A stretch of 64,000 bases of DNA from an uncultured virus (IMG/VR IMGVR_UViG_3300025949_000021) (taxonomy: Duplodnaviria; Heunggongvirae; Uroviricota; Caudoviricetes). The notes under the pieces were generated by a model. That model did not search any database, had not been told where the DNA came from, and saw only the letters and a list, made by a program, of their open reading frames with translations. Of this stretch, positions 46,026 to 55,530 are shown one piece after another. The stretch is from the IMG/VR virus record IMGVR_UViG_3300025949_000021. One strand, given 5' to 3'. Numbering within the stretch: the stretch's first letter is position 1; every line of letters starts with the position of its first letter. The translations under genes and the position numbers were made by a program.

Positions 46026-46293
46026 ACTAACCATTCGTCAATTAGAAATCCTAGGCTACATCTGCGAGACAGTAATCAAGGATGGACGCTCACCAACACG
46101 TCAGGCTATTTGCGATAAGTTTGATTTCTCTGCTACGAATGCTGCTGGAGCGCATATCCTGGCATTGGAAAAGAACAAGGCAGTTCACCGCAATCATTAT
46201 CGGCATCGGTCTATTGTTGTTAATTGGAATCATCCAGATTGCCACAGTATCCGTGAACAGTATTTTGAGAAGGAAAAATTATGTCCAGCATGA
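46015..46293 (+). CDS. LexA-type DNA-binding domain protein without peptidase domain
   Basis: LT.RQ.EIL.YI......G.SPT..AI...F.F...NAA..H..ALE. Confidence 0.8.
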   Translation: MISKLTIRQLEILGYICETVIKDGRSPTRQAICDKFDFSATNAAGAHILALEKNKAVHRNHYRHRSIVVNWNHPDCHSIREQYFEKEKLCPA

Positions 46294-46616
46294 CGCCAAA
46301 TATGCAATCAATCCTAGATTTTCTCCAAGGATGGCGAGGAACTAAGTTCAAGTCATCTGAGATTGCCAAACAGATCGGTATCAGTCCACACGGTCTATCT
46401 GCTGCGCTTTATTCTCTAGCTGATCAACGATTGATTGAGAGGACAGAGAAGAAGAAAACGATGTTCTGGCATTGCAATCAATTGGTAATTGAAGATAAAG
46501 AGGGCATTGCGAAGAGTCGGACTGTTGAATTTAAACCCATGGGAATCTACAACTTGAAACAACACATGGACGCTTGTGAGGCTTCGCGAAGCTTGAAGAA
46601 TAACGGATTAATCTAG
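46281..46616 (+). CDS. Winged-HTH protein
   Basis: SSEIAKQIGIS...L..L....LIER. Confidence 0.7.
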   Translation: MSSMTPNMQSILDFLQGWRGTKFKSSEIAKQIGISPHGLSAALYSLADQRLIERTEKKKTMFWHCNQLVIEDKEGIAKSRTVEFKPMGIYNLKQHMDACEASRSLKNNGLI

Positions 46617-46626
46617 GGAGAAGAAT

Positions 46627-47130
46627 ATGGAACTAATTATCATATCAGCACTTGCTATCGGCGTATTATGGCTTAGCTATTCTGCGTATAAAAGCTATGT
46701 TGCGGCGAAAGCTGCTAAGGAAGCAAGGGAAGAGTCGGACAGAATCGCAGAAGAAGAGCTGCAACACTCTATTTTGAGGACTAATGAACGTCTTCGGTCC
46801 TACACTGCTAAGGCGTTTATTGCGCCAACATCCTCAGTTTCTCGAACGGTAGAATCAAATAGTGGAGCATCTGATCCATTCCTGACGTATTTAATTCTTA
46901 GCCAGTCTATCCAGCCAAATAGCTATTCTAGCAATCCGCATCCGCACGCTAGTTCATTTCCTGTAGGCGGCGGTGGGACATTTGATGGTGCTGGTGCTAG
47001 TGCCGATTGGTCCAGTAGCTCAAGTCCATCGTCTTCTTCGTCGTGTGATTCTAGCTCTAGTTCTAGCTATTCATCTGATAGCAGTAGTTCAAGTTCGGAT
47101 AGTAGTTCGTCATGTTCATCATCGGATTAG
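46627..47130 (+). CDS. Membrane-anchored Ser-rich protein
   Basis: Homologue of 7962-8471. Confidence 0.8.
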   Translation: MELIIISALAIGVLWLSYSAYKSYVAAKAAKEAREESDRIAEEELQHSILRTNERLRSYTAKAFIAPTSSVSRTVESNSGASDPFLTYLILSQSIQPNSYSSNPHPHASSFPVGGGGTFDGAGASADWSSSSSPSSSSSCDSSSSSSYSSDSSSSSSDSSSSCSSSD

Positions 47131-47472
47131 GAGAAAGCATGAACTTTCTAGAAATCATCGGAATCGTTTCGTTACTTGTCATCGTATCTGCTGCATTTGG
47201 ATGGCTGATAGGTTTTGTCGAAATTCACGTTACGAAGGAATGGCCATGAGCCAATATTACGGGTTACTTGGTATTGGAGTAACAATTGTGTTGACGGTAA
47301 TCATATGCGTCTGGTTGGACTACTTTACCAAGCACATGAAAGATGATATCGAGCCATACGACGAGTATGAGGTAGAGCAAGCTAGGTTGTCATATGAAGC
47401 CCGGAAGGAGCTATTTTGCAAGCGGATTCCAAGTAAGTTGACTGCTGTTAATGCAGCGAAGGAAGGAAAGAC

Positions 47473-48000
47473 ATGAGATTAACTAAAGATAGGAGTTTAG
47501 AAAAGTACAAATTTGCTTCTGAAAGAGTTGAATATAACCCTGATACTGGAATTTTTACTTGGGGTAGTAAAAGCAGAAAGTTTGCGGGGAAAATAGCGGG
47601 GAGTCCTAATACGCATGGTTATATAAGAATTGGCTTGACTAAACAAACTTCTATTGGCGCTCATCGTTTAGCATGGTTTATTTATCATGGTGAGTTCCCA
47701 GATGGCGAGATTGATCATTTAAACCATAACCGTGCAGATAATCGAATTTGCAATTTAAGGCTTGTTAAAAAAATTGACAATTCAAAAAACAGAAAAATGT
47801 ACGTAACCAATACATCTGGCTTGCCCAATGTCTATTACCATAAGAAAAACAAACGATGGCTTGCTAAGTGCCAAACGAAATATCTTGGATCCTATGCTAC
47901 TCGTGAAGATGCATATCAAGTTGCTCAAAAATACTTAACGGAAAATGGATTTCATAAAAATCATGGAGCCATTGCTGTTCCTATCGAGATAGAGGAATAA
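47473..48000 (+). CDS. HNH homing endonuclease (AP2-like C-terminus)
   Basis: YNPDTG.F.W, AHRLAW, IDHLN.NR.DNR..NLR. Confidence 0.92.
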   Translation: MRLTKDRSLEKYKFASERVEYNPDTGIFTWGSKSRKFAGKIAGSPNTHGYIRIGLTKQTSIGAHRLAWFIYHGEFPDGEIDHLNHNRADNRICNLRLVKKIDNSKNRKMYVTNTSGLPNVYYHKKNKRWLAKCQTKYLGSYATREDAYQVAQKYLTENGFHKNHGAIAVPIEIEE

Positions 48001-48001
48001 C

Positions 48002-48367
48002 ATGAAGACTTCTGAACTCTCCGGCTATTTGCTGGACTACTGGACCGGAAAAGCATTAGGGAAGAATGTAAAGATCATCAAGCATCAGAGGGAGGATAGC
48101 TATTTCTGCGTGGAGATGATTGAGTATCCTGGCTTTATTTCTGCATCCGCACCAAGGCCTGAGCCAAAAGAAGTTTTGTATAATCCTTCTGAGGATTGGT
48201 CAATTGGAGGCCCTCTGGTGGAAGAGTATTGTCCTGGTGCTCAAAAACTAATCGGAGAATGGGAATCGCACCATGGGTTATACGGCCCAACATTGCTCAT
48301 CGTTACTTGTCTGGGCATTGTGAAATTTAAGTTTGGCAATGAAGTTCCAGATGAAGGAGAGAAATAA
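48002..48367 (+). CDS. NinX/DUF2591-like protein
   Basis: Homologue of 9232-9585. Confidence 0.75.
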   Translation: MKTSELSGYLLDYWTGKALGKNVKIIKHQREDSYFCVEMIEYPGFISASAPRPEPKEVLYNPSEDWSIGGPLVEEYCPGAQKLIGEWESHHGLYGPTLLIVTCLGIVKFKFGNEVPDEGEK

Positions 48368-48684
48368 TGATTCCGCATCCAAATGAAAGATACCAAGGAA
48401 TCTCAATAATTTCTTATGAAGATTATTTGACAGAGCCAGAGATGAATAAGTATTGGAAAGTCTTTTGGTGGGTTGTTACTTTGATTGTTGGTCTTATGGC
48501 GATTATTTTGTTCGTTGCTTCGGCAAAGATGAGTTGGGGTAGAGAAGATCGCGCTAGGGCTTATATGACGAATCATAACTGCCAAGTTGTAGGATATGCC
48601 GGGCGTGGCCCAGTTCCATATTATCAATGCGACAATGGCAGAATTATGCTTAAGCAAGATATGTACTATTTAAAGGAAAAATGA
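48367..48684 (+). CDS. Membrane-anchored hypothetical protein
   Basis: TM plus C...YQCDNG; start uncertain. Confidence 0.6.
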   Translation: MIPHPNERYQGISIISYEDYLTEPEMNKYWKVFWWVVTLIVGLMAIILFVASAKMSWGREDRARAYMTNHNCQVVGYAGRGPVPYYQCDNGRIMLKQDMYYLKEK

Positions 48685-48923
48685 TGGCCTATGTTCGTTT
48701 TGGCTATGAGGGTAATTCAGATTTCTATATCTATGAAGATATAGGCGGTGGATACACAACGCATGTATCTAGTGGAGAAAAATTTAATCACAAAACAAAA
48801 ATCGAATGTTTGGCTAATGTTTTATATATGATGAATGCGCATGAATTAAAATGCCCATCATATCCGTTGGCTAAGCTTTCGGATGAAATCCTCGCAGAAA
48901 TGGGGATTGACCCTTGTATTTAA
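48681..48923 (+). CDS. Hypothetical protein
   Basis: AAGGA RBS; MAYVRF...SDFYIY. Confidence 0.6.
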   Translation: MMAYVRFGYEGNSDFYIYEDIGGGYTTHVSSGEKFNHKTKIECLANVLYMMNAHELKCPSYPLAKLSDEILAEMGIDPCI

Positions 48924-48941
48924 CAGTACATTTGCTATGAT
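48914..48941 (+). promoter_or_regulatory. Promoter of the ncRNA array
   Basis: TTGTAT-N16-TATGAT with extended TGn. Confidence 0.7.
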
Positions 48942-49008
48942 GAGTATGCGATTTGGAATCATCGCGCTTTCTATTGGTGATATATATTCCGTCACGATAT
49001 ATATCCGT

Positions 49009-49350
49009 TGCCTTACGAAACAAGGCACTTAATGGGAGCATGGCAGTACGGACTTTGTATTACTTGCTATGCAGTTGCACGCAGAGTCCTCCCATTAGGT
49101 GAACAAGATTAGCTTATGGGACAAACCAGAGGGCAATCTTAAATGTGGTTGAGAATCTCGGCCCCGCGTATCAATCTTGGATCGCCTATTCAATACGCAG
49201 GTAAGCACAAGTAATAATGGTAGGGACGCCTATTCGGTAGGGCACGCGGCTGTAACCCGCAGGTCGGCTAGTCCGTGAAGGTTCGAATCCTTCTCCTTCC
49301 ACCAAGTTTCTAGTAAAATACGTAAGAGGGCGCAACCGTCCGAGGATTAA
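49009..49350 (+). ncRNA. Array of structured RNA modules (49030-49097, 49096-49188, tRNA, conserved 3' hairpin)
   Basis: taatgggag/ctcccatta; taggtga/tcgccta with caagatt/aatcttg; junctions match 10081-10428. Confidence 0.7.
49219..49304 (+). tRNA. tRNA-Tyr(GUA), long variable arm, encoded CCA
   Basis: gcgg-CTGTAAC-ccgc anticodon arm; gaagg-TTCGAAT-ccttc T arm; ACCA end; one T-T mismatch in acceptor stem. Confidence 0.85.
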
Positions 49351-49377
49351 AAATAAACATTAACTTCGGAGTACGTC

Positions 49378-49734
49378 ATGCTACGATCATCTTCCTCAGG
49401 TATGCAGCAAGTCACTGCTGATGCTTTATACGCTTCAAAGAACACGACAGTAAAACTTGTCCCAACTACAGGGCAAACAGTCGTCTTTGCCAATAACTCA
49501 ATTGACCAGACAACTTACCTTGCGCCTGCTGGCCCATTGGCTACTTTGACGGTTACGTTGCCGAATGAAGCTAGTAGCCGAATCGGTCAACGGGTAACTA
49601 TCTGTACATCTCAAAACATTGTCGCTTTAACACTTAATGGTGCAACAACCATTATGAATACCATATCAGCCTTGACGGCAAGCGACTGCTTCACATTCCA
49701 AAAGATTGACGCCAACACATGGATTCACGCATGA
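49378..49734 (+). CDS. Thr-rich fibre-like beta protein
   Basis: Homologue of 10457-10810. Confidence 0.75.
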   Translation: MLRSSSSGMQQVTADALYASKNTTVKLVPTTGQTVVFANNSIDQTTYLAPAGPLATLTVTLPNEASSRIGQRVTICTSQNIVALTLNGATTIMNTISALTASDCFTFQKIDANTWIHA

Positions 49735-50474
49735 AATACCTCATTCTCACTGTGTTGGCAGTTAGCCAACTTTCGTTTGCCGCTCCTTACTCGACTCGAA
49801 TGATGAGCCGCAATTCAAATGACAATGGGAATGTCACTCAGGATATCGGGCCACCTCCAAGTGCTGGGGTGATTGGGTACGATATTCCGAACAATGCGCC
49901 TTTCTGGGTAACGCTTGGGTCAGGCTTAGCTTTCACTGGTAGCGTATTGGACGTAACCGCAACGCCGGTGAATGCAGATTGGAATTCAAGCACAGGTCTT
50001 AGCCAGATCCTCAATAAGCCATCTATCCCGGCTGCTCAAGTCAACAGCGATTGGAATGCCTCTAGCGGTGTGGCACAAATCCTGAATAAGCCCACTATCC
50101 CCACAATCACGCCTCCTAGCCAATCTAGCGCAACACGATCGCTGAATACGGCGTTTCAAATTAGCACCACGCGTCCTGCTCTCGTCGTTTATAGTGTTCA
50201 AATTACGGTAACTGCCTCTATCGCTGGTGGACAGAATGGGGATGTAATCTTGGAGATTGCGAGTGACAGTGGTTTCACGACAAACGTTCAAACCCTAAGT
50301 ATTGCAGGAAATGGGCAAACTTACACATTGGCAATTGCTTTACAAGGTGTTCAGCCAACTACAAACGTAGTGAGCGGATTTGTTCCTGCTGGTTATTACG
50401 CAAGGTTGCGTACAGTCAACAACACGGGTACGCCAACATTTACTTATCGAGCAGGGCAAGAAATTCAAATGTAA
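49731..50474 (+). CDS. Signal-peptide protein with fibre-type repeats
   Basis: Homologue of 10807-11550. Confidence 0.8.
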   Translation: MKYLILTVLAVSQLSFAAPYSTRMMSRNSNDNGNVTQDIGPPPSAGVIGYDIPNNAPFWVTLGSGLAFTGSVLDVTATPVNADWNSSTGLSQILNKPSIPAAQVNSDWNASSGVAQILNKPTIPTITPPSQSSATRSLNTAFQISTTRPALVVYSVQITVTASIAGGQNGDVILEIASDSGFTTNVQTLSIAGNGQTYTLAIALQGVQPTTNVVSGFVPAGYYARLRTVNNTGTPTFTYRAGQEIQM

Positions 50475-50483
50475 GGAGAGAAA

Positions 50484-50879
50484 ATGCTACGCCGAGTAAC
50501 GAAACAAGAGTATCAAGCGCAATCAAACATTCGCTCAGATGCAATTGGTTACTGCCTGGAATGCTGGAGGTACCATATGTCAGGCACTCAAGCAGCAAAT
50601 CTCAGCGCAAGGCCAATGGGAGGATTGACAGCCAATGAGGATGGTTACGGCCATGACCCATTTGAGGCTCAGCTAGCGCATGATGCAGAAATAGGAGCGG
50701 CGACCAACGCATGCATTGAAAGCCTTAAACATCGGCACAAATGGGCAGTCTATAGCACGCTAGGGATAGGAGAGGTGATAAAGTTCAATTTTATTGACCT
50801 TATTCAAACTTACGATGAGGCAAAAACAGATTTAGAAAGATTGCTCAAGAAAAATCCAAAAACAAGTTATTTATTCTGA
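50484..50879 (+). CDS. Putative Q-like antiterminator
   Basis: Homologue of 11560-11955. Confidence 0.6.
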   Translation: MLRRVTKQEYQAQSNIRSDAIGYCLECWRYHMSGTQAANLSARPMGGLTANEDGYGHDPFEAQLAHDAEIGAATNACIESLKHRHKWAVYSTLGIGEVIKFNFIDLIQTYDEAKTDLERLLKKNPKTSYLF

Positions 50880-50890
50880 AAACAAAAGTA

Positions 50891-50919
50891 TTGCATTCCT
50901 ACAAAACGAGTAGTATAGT
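50891..50919 (+). promoter_or_regulatory. pR'-like late promoter
   Basis: TTGCAT-N17-TATAGT. Confidence 0.7.
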
Positions 50920-50981
50920 TCCGCGTGAAGGCAGTCGAATTGCCTCCAAAATTTCACTCTCCTCCGCGTCAGCGTGAGTTT

Positions 50982-51013
50982 AAGCCGCTACCAGTTACGG
51001 TAGCGGCTTTTTT
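50982..51013 (+). terminator. tR'-like terminator
   Basis: aagccgctacc/ggtagcggctttttt. Confidence 0.88.
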
Positions 51014-51057
51014 GATTTCTAATCAGTATCGGTCTAACACCGAGAAGGATTAACAGT

Positions 51058-51378
51058 ATGTCAACAAACCCAGGAACCTTTAAGAAAGGTGAGAAAAGGC
51101 CCGGTCAAGGACGCCCAAAGGGATGTGTCAATAAGTCTACGCAAGAGTTCAGAATGACCGTACAGGCGCTTTTGGATGACAACCGTACCAATGTAGCAAC
51201 TTGGCTGCAACAGGTCGCAGAAGGCTCAGGAGACGTTAAGCCTGATCCGGGCAAGGCGCTTGATTTGCTGGCTAAGTTGGCTGAGTTTGCTGCGCCTAAG
51301 TTGGCTCGTACTGAAATCACTGGTAAGGATGGTGATGCAATCGAAACAGTGAGCCGTATTGAACTAATCGGGCAATGA
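51058..51378 (+). CDS. terS: Terminase small subunit
   Basis: Near-identical to 12423-12743. Confidence 0.8.
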   Translation: MSTNPGTFKKGEKRPGQGRPKGCVNKSTQEFRMTVQALLDDNRTNVATWLQQVAEGSGDVKPDPGKALDLLAKLAEFAAPKLARTEITGKDGDAIETVSRIELIGQ

Positions 51379-52784
51379 CCACGATTCAAGTAAAGCTGCC
51401 TAAGAAGCTAGTTCCGGTCTTTAGTGGTGAGGCAGATGTAAGAGGCGCACATGGCGGTCGAGGATCAGGCAAGACAAGATCCTTCGCCAAGATGGCAGCA
51501 GTGAGAGGTTACATATACGGTAAGCAGGGCATCAAAGGCCAAATTCTTTGCGCTCGCCAGTTCATGAACTCTCTTGAAGATTCAAGCCTGGAAGAATGTA
51601 AACGAGCAATAGAGGAGGAGCCTTTTCTTCTTGCTTATTACGACATAGGTGAGAAGTACATCAAGAGTAAAGATGGGCGCATAACCTTTTCCTTTGCTGG
51701 CTTAGATCGCAATATCGACAGTATCAAGTCTAAGGGACGTATCCTTATTTGCTGGGTAGATGAGGGCGAGCCAGTTACAGAGAACGCATTTAAGACGCTA
51801 ATTCCTACATTGCGGGAAGAGGGCGACGACTGGAATGCAGAGCTGTGGGTAACTTGGAATCCAGAGCGGAAGAGTTCAGCAGTTCACAAGCGGTTTCGTT
51901 TAAGCAAGAATCCACGTATTAAAGTCGCTGAGATTAACTGGCGGGATAATCCTTGGTTTCCTGCGACGCTTGAACGAACCAGAGTTAGCGATCTGCTAGA
52001 ACGTCCTGATACATACGATCACGTATGGGAAGGCGCATTCGGCAACTTGCAAGGTTCTATCCTTGGTAAGTGGGTAGCAGCAGCACGTAGGGAAGGTCGG
52101 ATAACAAACGATATTGCCTATGATCCTAACGGTGCGCCTATCTATGTTTCTAGTGACTTGGGATTTAGAGATACGGCCTCTTGGTGGTACTGGCAACCTC
52201 TGCCGGGTGGATTCAACCTATTGAAGTACGAGGGAGAGTCGGGGTTTGATGCTGATGACTGGATTCCTCGCATTCAGGAAGTGTTGACTGAAATCGTAGG
52301 GATTGATTTCTCATCTAAAGAAGCAAAAGGCAAGCTAGGCAAGATATTCCTTCCGCATGATGCTAAGGCTAAAACGTTTCAAAGCAAGCACACAAGTATC
52401 GAACGGTTCGTAAAGGGATTCGGCCACGATCATATGAAGATCGTTGATCAGTCTCGCAAGCTTGACCAAATTAGCGCAGCTAGAGCAGTTATCGCCAGAT
52501 GCGCGTTCAATGAAGATGCTTGCGAAGAAGGAATTGATGGGTTGGAAGCGTGGGAGTTTGAGTTTAATAAGGACACTGAGGTTTTCTCGAAAGAGCCAAT
52601 TCACAATTGGGCGAGTCATCCGTCAGATGCTTTTGCGTATGGTTGCCAGGCTATGCAGGAAGTCATTATTAAGCCTGCTGATAAGCCGCCAGTCTTCCCA
52701 GCAAAAGGCATGAACGGTCGCATCGTAACAGCGCCACTTGATGATTTATGGAAATCCACCCCAACTAGGGACGACAGAATATGA
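51375..52784 (+). CDS. terL: Terminase large subunit
   Basis: Near-identical to 12740-14149. Confidence 0.95.
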   Translation: MTTIQVKLPKKLVPVFSGEADVRGAHGGRGSGKTRSFAKMAAVRGYIYGKQGIKGQILCARQFMNSLEDSSLEECKRAIEEEPFLLAYYDIGEKYIKSKDGRITFSFAGLDRNIDSIKSKGRILICWVDEGEPVTENAFKTLIPTLREEGDDWNAELWVTWNPERKSSAVHKRFRLSKNPRIKVAEINWRDNPWFPATLERTRVSDLLERPDTYDHVWEGAFGNLQGSILGKWVAAARREGRITNDIAYDPNGAPIYVSSDLGFRDTASWWYWQPLPGGFNLLKYEGESGFDADDWIPRIQEVLTEIVGIDFSSKEAKGKLGKIFLPHDAKAKTFQSKHTSIERFVKGFGHDHMKIVDQSRKLDQISAARAVIARCAFNEDACEEGIDGLEAWEFEFNKDTEVFSKEPIHNWASHPSDAFAYGCQAMQEVIIKPADKPPVFPAKGMNGRIVTAPLDDLWKSTPTRDDRI

Positions 52785-53101
52785 AGATTGATCTATTTTC
52801 CGGGCAATCATTGACCCGTGTTATCGCGGCTACTACTACAGCTAGCGCATCTGTGCAGCTTCCGGCCATTGGTAATAGTTTGCGGATTGCTAATGAAGGG
52901 GCTTCGGCTGTATATGTCTCTGTTGGCACTGGTGCTCAGGTCGCTACAGTTCCTAGCACAACAGCAGCAGCTACATGTTCCCCTGTTCTTGCAGGCCAAG
53001 ACGTAGTGTTTAGTATTCCTGCTGATAGCCGCCTGAATATAAGCGTGATTGCTGCAACTGGTACAGCTAACGTCAATGTGTCGGTAGGTGAAGGCTCGTA
53101 A
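52781..53101 (+). CDS. Small beta-rich putative virion protein
   Basis: Diverged homologue of 14146-14460. Confidence 0.65.
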   Translation: MKIDLFSGQSLTRVIAATTTASASVQLPAIGNSLRIANEGASAVYVSVGTGAQVATVPSTTAAATCSPVLAGQDVVFSIPADSRLNISVIAATGTANVNVSVGEGS

Positions 53102-55185
53102 TGATTGACGATTCTGTCGATACTTCGGTAGACAAGGATGAGCCTAAGAGTGCTTCACAATGGTTGATTGCGCTCAAGCTTGCCGAAAAGGATCAAAAGA
53201 AGTGGATCGAACGTGGCAAGAAGATCGTTCGTCGTTTCCGAGATGATCGACAAGGCGCATTCAAAGAGAAGCGATACAACATTCTCTGGTCGAATGTCCG
53301 CACCATGTTTCCGGCTATCTACAGCAAGAAGCCTAAAGCTCAGGTCGAGCGGCGTTATAAAGATGCCGCTCCCGAGGCTCGTTGTGCATCCGAAATCCTT
53401 GAGCGAGTGCTGCAATATGAAATTGATCATTATTGCGATTTTGACGCTGCTATTCGGGGAGCTTTGCTTGATCGCCTTCTTCCAGGCCGTGGCGTAGCAT
53501 GGGTTCGATTTGAGGCGCAAGTCCCTAACGATCAACAAGTTCAAACTACTGATGATGCACAGCAAGACGTTGTACCAAACAAGTATGAATGCACGCCTGC
53601 TGATTATGTGTTCTGGGAAGATTTCCGATGCTCTCCTGCCCGTACATGGGAAGAAGTGACTTGGGTAGCTCGTCGTGTCTATATGGGCCGTGAAGAAGGT
53701 GTAGAGCGTTTTGGCGAGATATTCAAAGAAGTGCCACTAGCAAGTGTGCCTATAGGTCTTGAGGAATTGCAGCAAGAACTGGCAATGAGCGCCTCGACCG
53801 AGAAGATGAAGAAGGCGAAGGTCTGGGAGATTTGGGATAAATCCACTCTCACGGCGTATTGGGTAGCTGAAGAATTCAGCAAGATGCTTGATACTAAGGA
53901 AGATCCAACCGAATTGGATGGCTTCTTCCCATGCCCTAAGCCTCTCTATGCAACACTGACAACCGATACGCTCATCCCTGTTGCTGACTATATCGAGTAT
54001 CAGGACCAAGCAAATGAACTAGACAATCTGACGCAGCGTATTTCGATGCTGGTCAAGGCAGTCAAGGTTGTTGGCGTCTATGATGCAAGTCAGACTGGTA
54101 TTCAACGTCTTCTGAATGAGGGCGTTGATAATGTGATGATCCCTGTTGATAACTGGGCGCAGTTCGGCGAGAAAGGCATCAAAGGAACGACTGATTTTCT
54201 GCCGATTGACATGGTTATCGGTGCTTTGAATGAGTTGTACAAAGCCCGCGATATCTGCAAACAGGTCATCTACGATATCACTGGTCTATCCGATATTATC
54301 CGAGGCTCTTCTGTGGCTTCTGAGACTGCTACAGCGCAACAAATCAAGAGCAATTATGCTTCTCTCCGGTTGAAAGAAACAATCGGTGATGTGGCGCGTT
54401 TTGCGTCAGATATCCTGCGTCTAAAAGCAGACATGATCTGCAATTTCTATTCTTCCCAGGCATTGAAAGATATCTCCGGGATTATGGGTACGGATGATGC
54501 GCCGTTAGCTGACCAAGCTATTCAATTGCTTAAGTCTGAGCCACTACGTAATTATCAGATTGAGGTAGCTACTGATTCGATGGTCGAGTTGGATGAGCAG
54601 CAAGAGAAACAATCTCGGATGGAGTTCCTGCAAGCTGCTGGCGGCTTCCTGAAACAAGCAGTAGAGGCTGCTCAACAAGTGCCAGAATTGGCACCATTGA
54701 TGGGTGAAATGCTGATGTTCGGTGTGCGTGGATTCAAAGCTGGCCGTCCTATCGAAGCCGCATTCGAATCGACTGTTAAAGCTCTCAGTCAACCCAAGCC
54801 ACAACAGCCAGACCCTGAGCAAATGAAGATGCAAGCTGAACAGCAGCAGGCACAGCAAAAGATGCAGATGGACATGCAGATTGCTCAACAAAAAGCGCAG
54901 ATTGACCAGCAAACAGAAGCTGCACGCGCTCAAGCTGATATGGCGATTGAACGTGCACGAATGCAGATGGAAGCTCAATTTGAACAACAGCGTTTAGCAA
55001 TGGAAGCGCAGGCCGAAGCACAACGCGGTCAGGTTGAAATGCAGATTGAAATAATGCGCATGCAATTGGAGCAATGGAAGGCCGAGAAACAAGCGGAAAC
55101 ACAAATTACAACGGCTGAAATCTCTGCGCAGACCACTTTGACAACGCAGCAAAACCAAGCTGCTAATGAAGCTGCGAGGGATTAA
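53101..55185 (+). CDS. Portal protein
   Basis: Homologue of 14460-16544. Confidence 0.85.
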   Translation: MIDDSVDTSVDKDEPKSASQWLIALKLAEKDQKKWIERGKKIVRRFRDDRQGAFKEKRYNILWSNVRTMFPAIYSKKPKAQVERRYKDAAPEARCASEILERVLQYEIDHYCDFDAAIRGALLDRLLPGRGVAWVRFEAQVPNDQQVQTTDDAQQDVVPNKYECTPADYVFWEDFRCSPARTWEEVTWVARRVYMGREEGVERFGEIFKEVPLASVPIGLEELQQELAMSASTEKMKKAKVWEIWDKSTLTAYWVAEEFSKMLDTKEDPTELDGFFPCPKPLYATLTTDTLIPVADYIEYQDQANELDNLTQRISMLVKAVKVVGVYDASQTGIQRLLNEGVDNVMIPVDNWAQFGEKGIKGTTDFLPIDMVIGALNELYKARDICKQVIYDITGLSDIIRGSSVASETATAQQIKSNYASLRLKETIGDVARFASDILRLKADMICNFYSSQALKDISGIMGTDDAPLADQAIQLLKSEPLRNYQIEVATDSMVELDEQQEKQSRMEFLQAAGGFLKQAVEAAQQVPELAPLMGEMLMFGVRGFKAGRPIEAAFESTVKALSQPKPQQPDPEQMKMQAEQQQAQQKMQMDMQIAQQKAQIDQQTEAARAQADMAIERARMQMEAQFEQQRLAMEAQAEAQRGQVEMQIEIMRMQLEQWKAEKQAETQITTAEISAQTTLTTQQNQAANEAARD

Positions 55186-55511
55186 TGCCTATCTATCTTA
55201 TGCATTGTGACTCCTGCCATGCAGAACAGGATCTATATCGTTCTGTAGCTAAAATGGATGAGAATTTGCCTAGCTGCTGCGGAGAACAGATGCGGCGTAA
55301 GATTTGCGCGCCTTACGTTGTAGCCGATATTCAGCCTTATCAAAGTATGGCAACTGGTGAAATGATTACATCTCGATCCAAGCATAAAGAACATTTGCGC
55401 GATCATGGATTGGTCGAAATTGGCAATGAGACGCCGAAACAAAAGGCTGCTGAAAAGCCGCGAGATATAAAGAAGGATTTGCACGAAGTTATGGCCGGTT
55501 ACGGTCTTTAA
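55185..55511 (+). CDS. FmdB-like zinc-ribbon protein
   Basis: Homologue of 16544-16870. Confidence 0.75.
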   Translation: MPIYLMHCDSCHAEQDLYRSVAKMDENLPSCCGEQMRRKICAPYVVADIQPYQSMATGEMITSRSKHKEHLRDHGLVEIGNETPKQKAAEKPRDIKKDLHEVMAGYGL

Positions 55512-55530
55512 TCAACCCCAAGGAGGCCGA

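Noticed and set aside
49280..49304. tRNA 3' end as attP or attL
   Set aside because: No integrase, no second copy of the sequence, no host DNA
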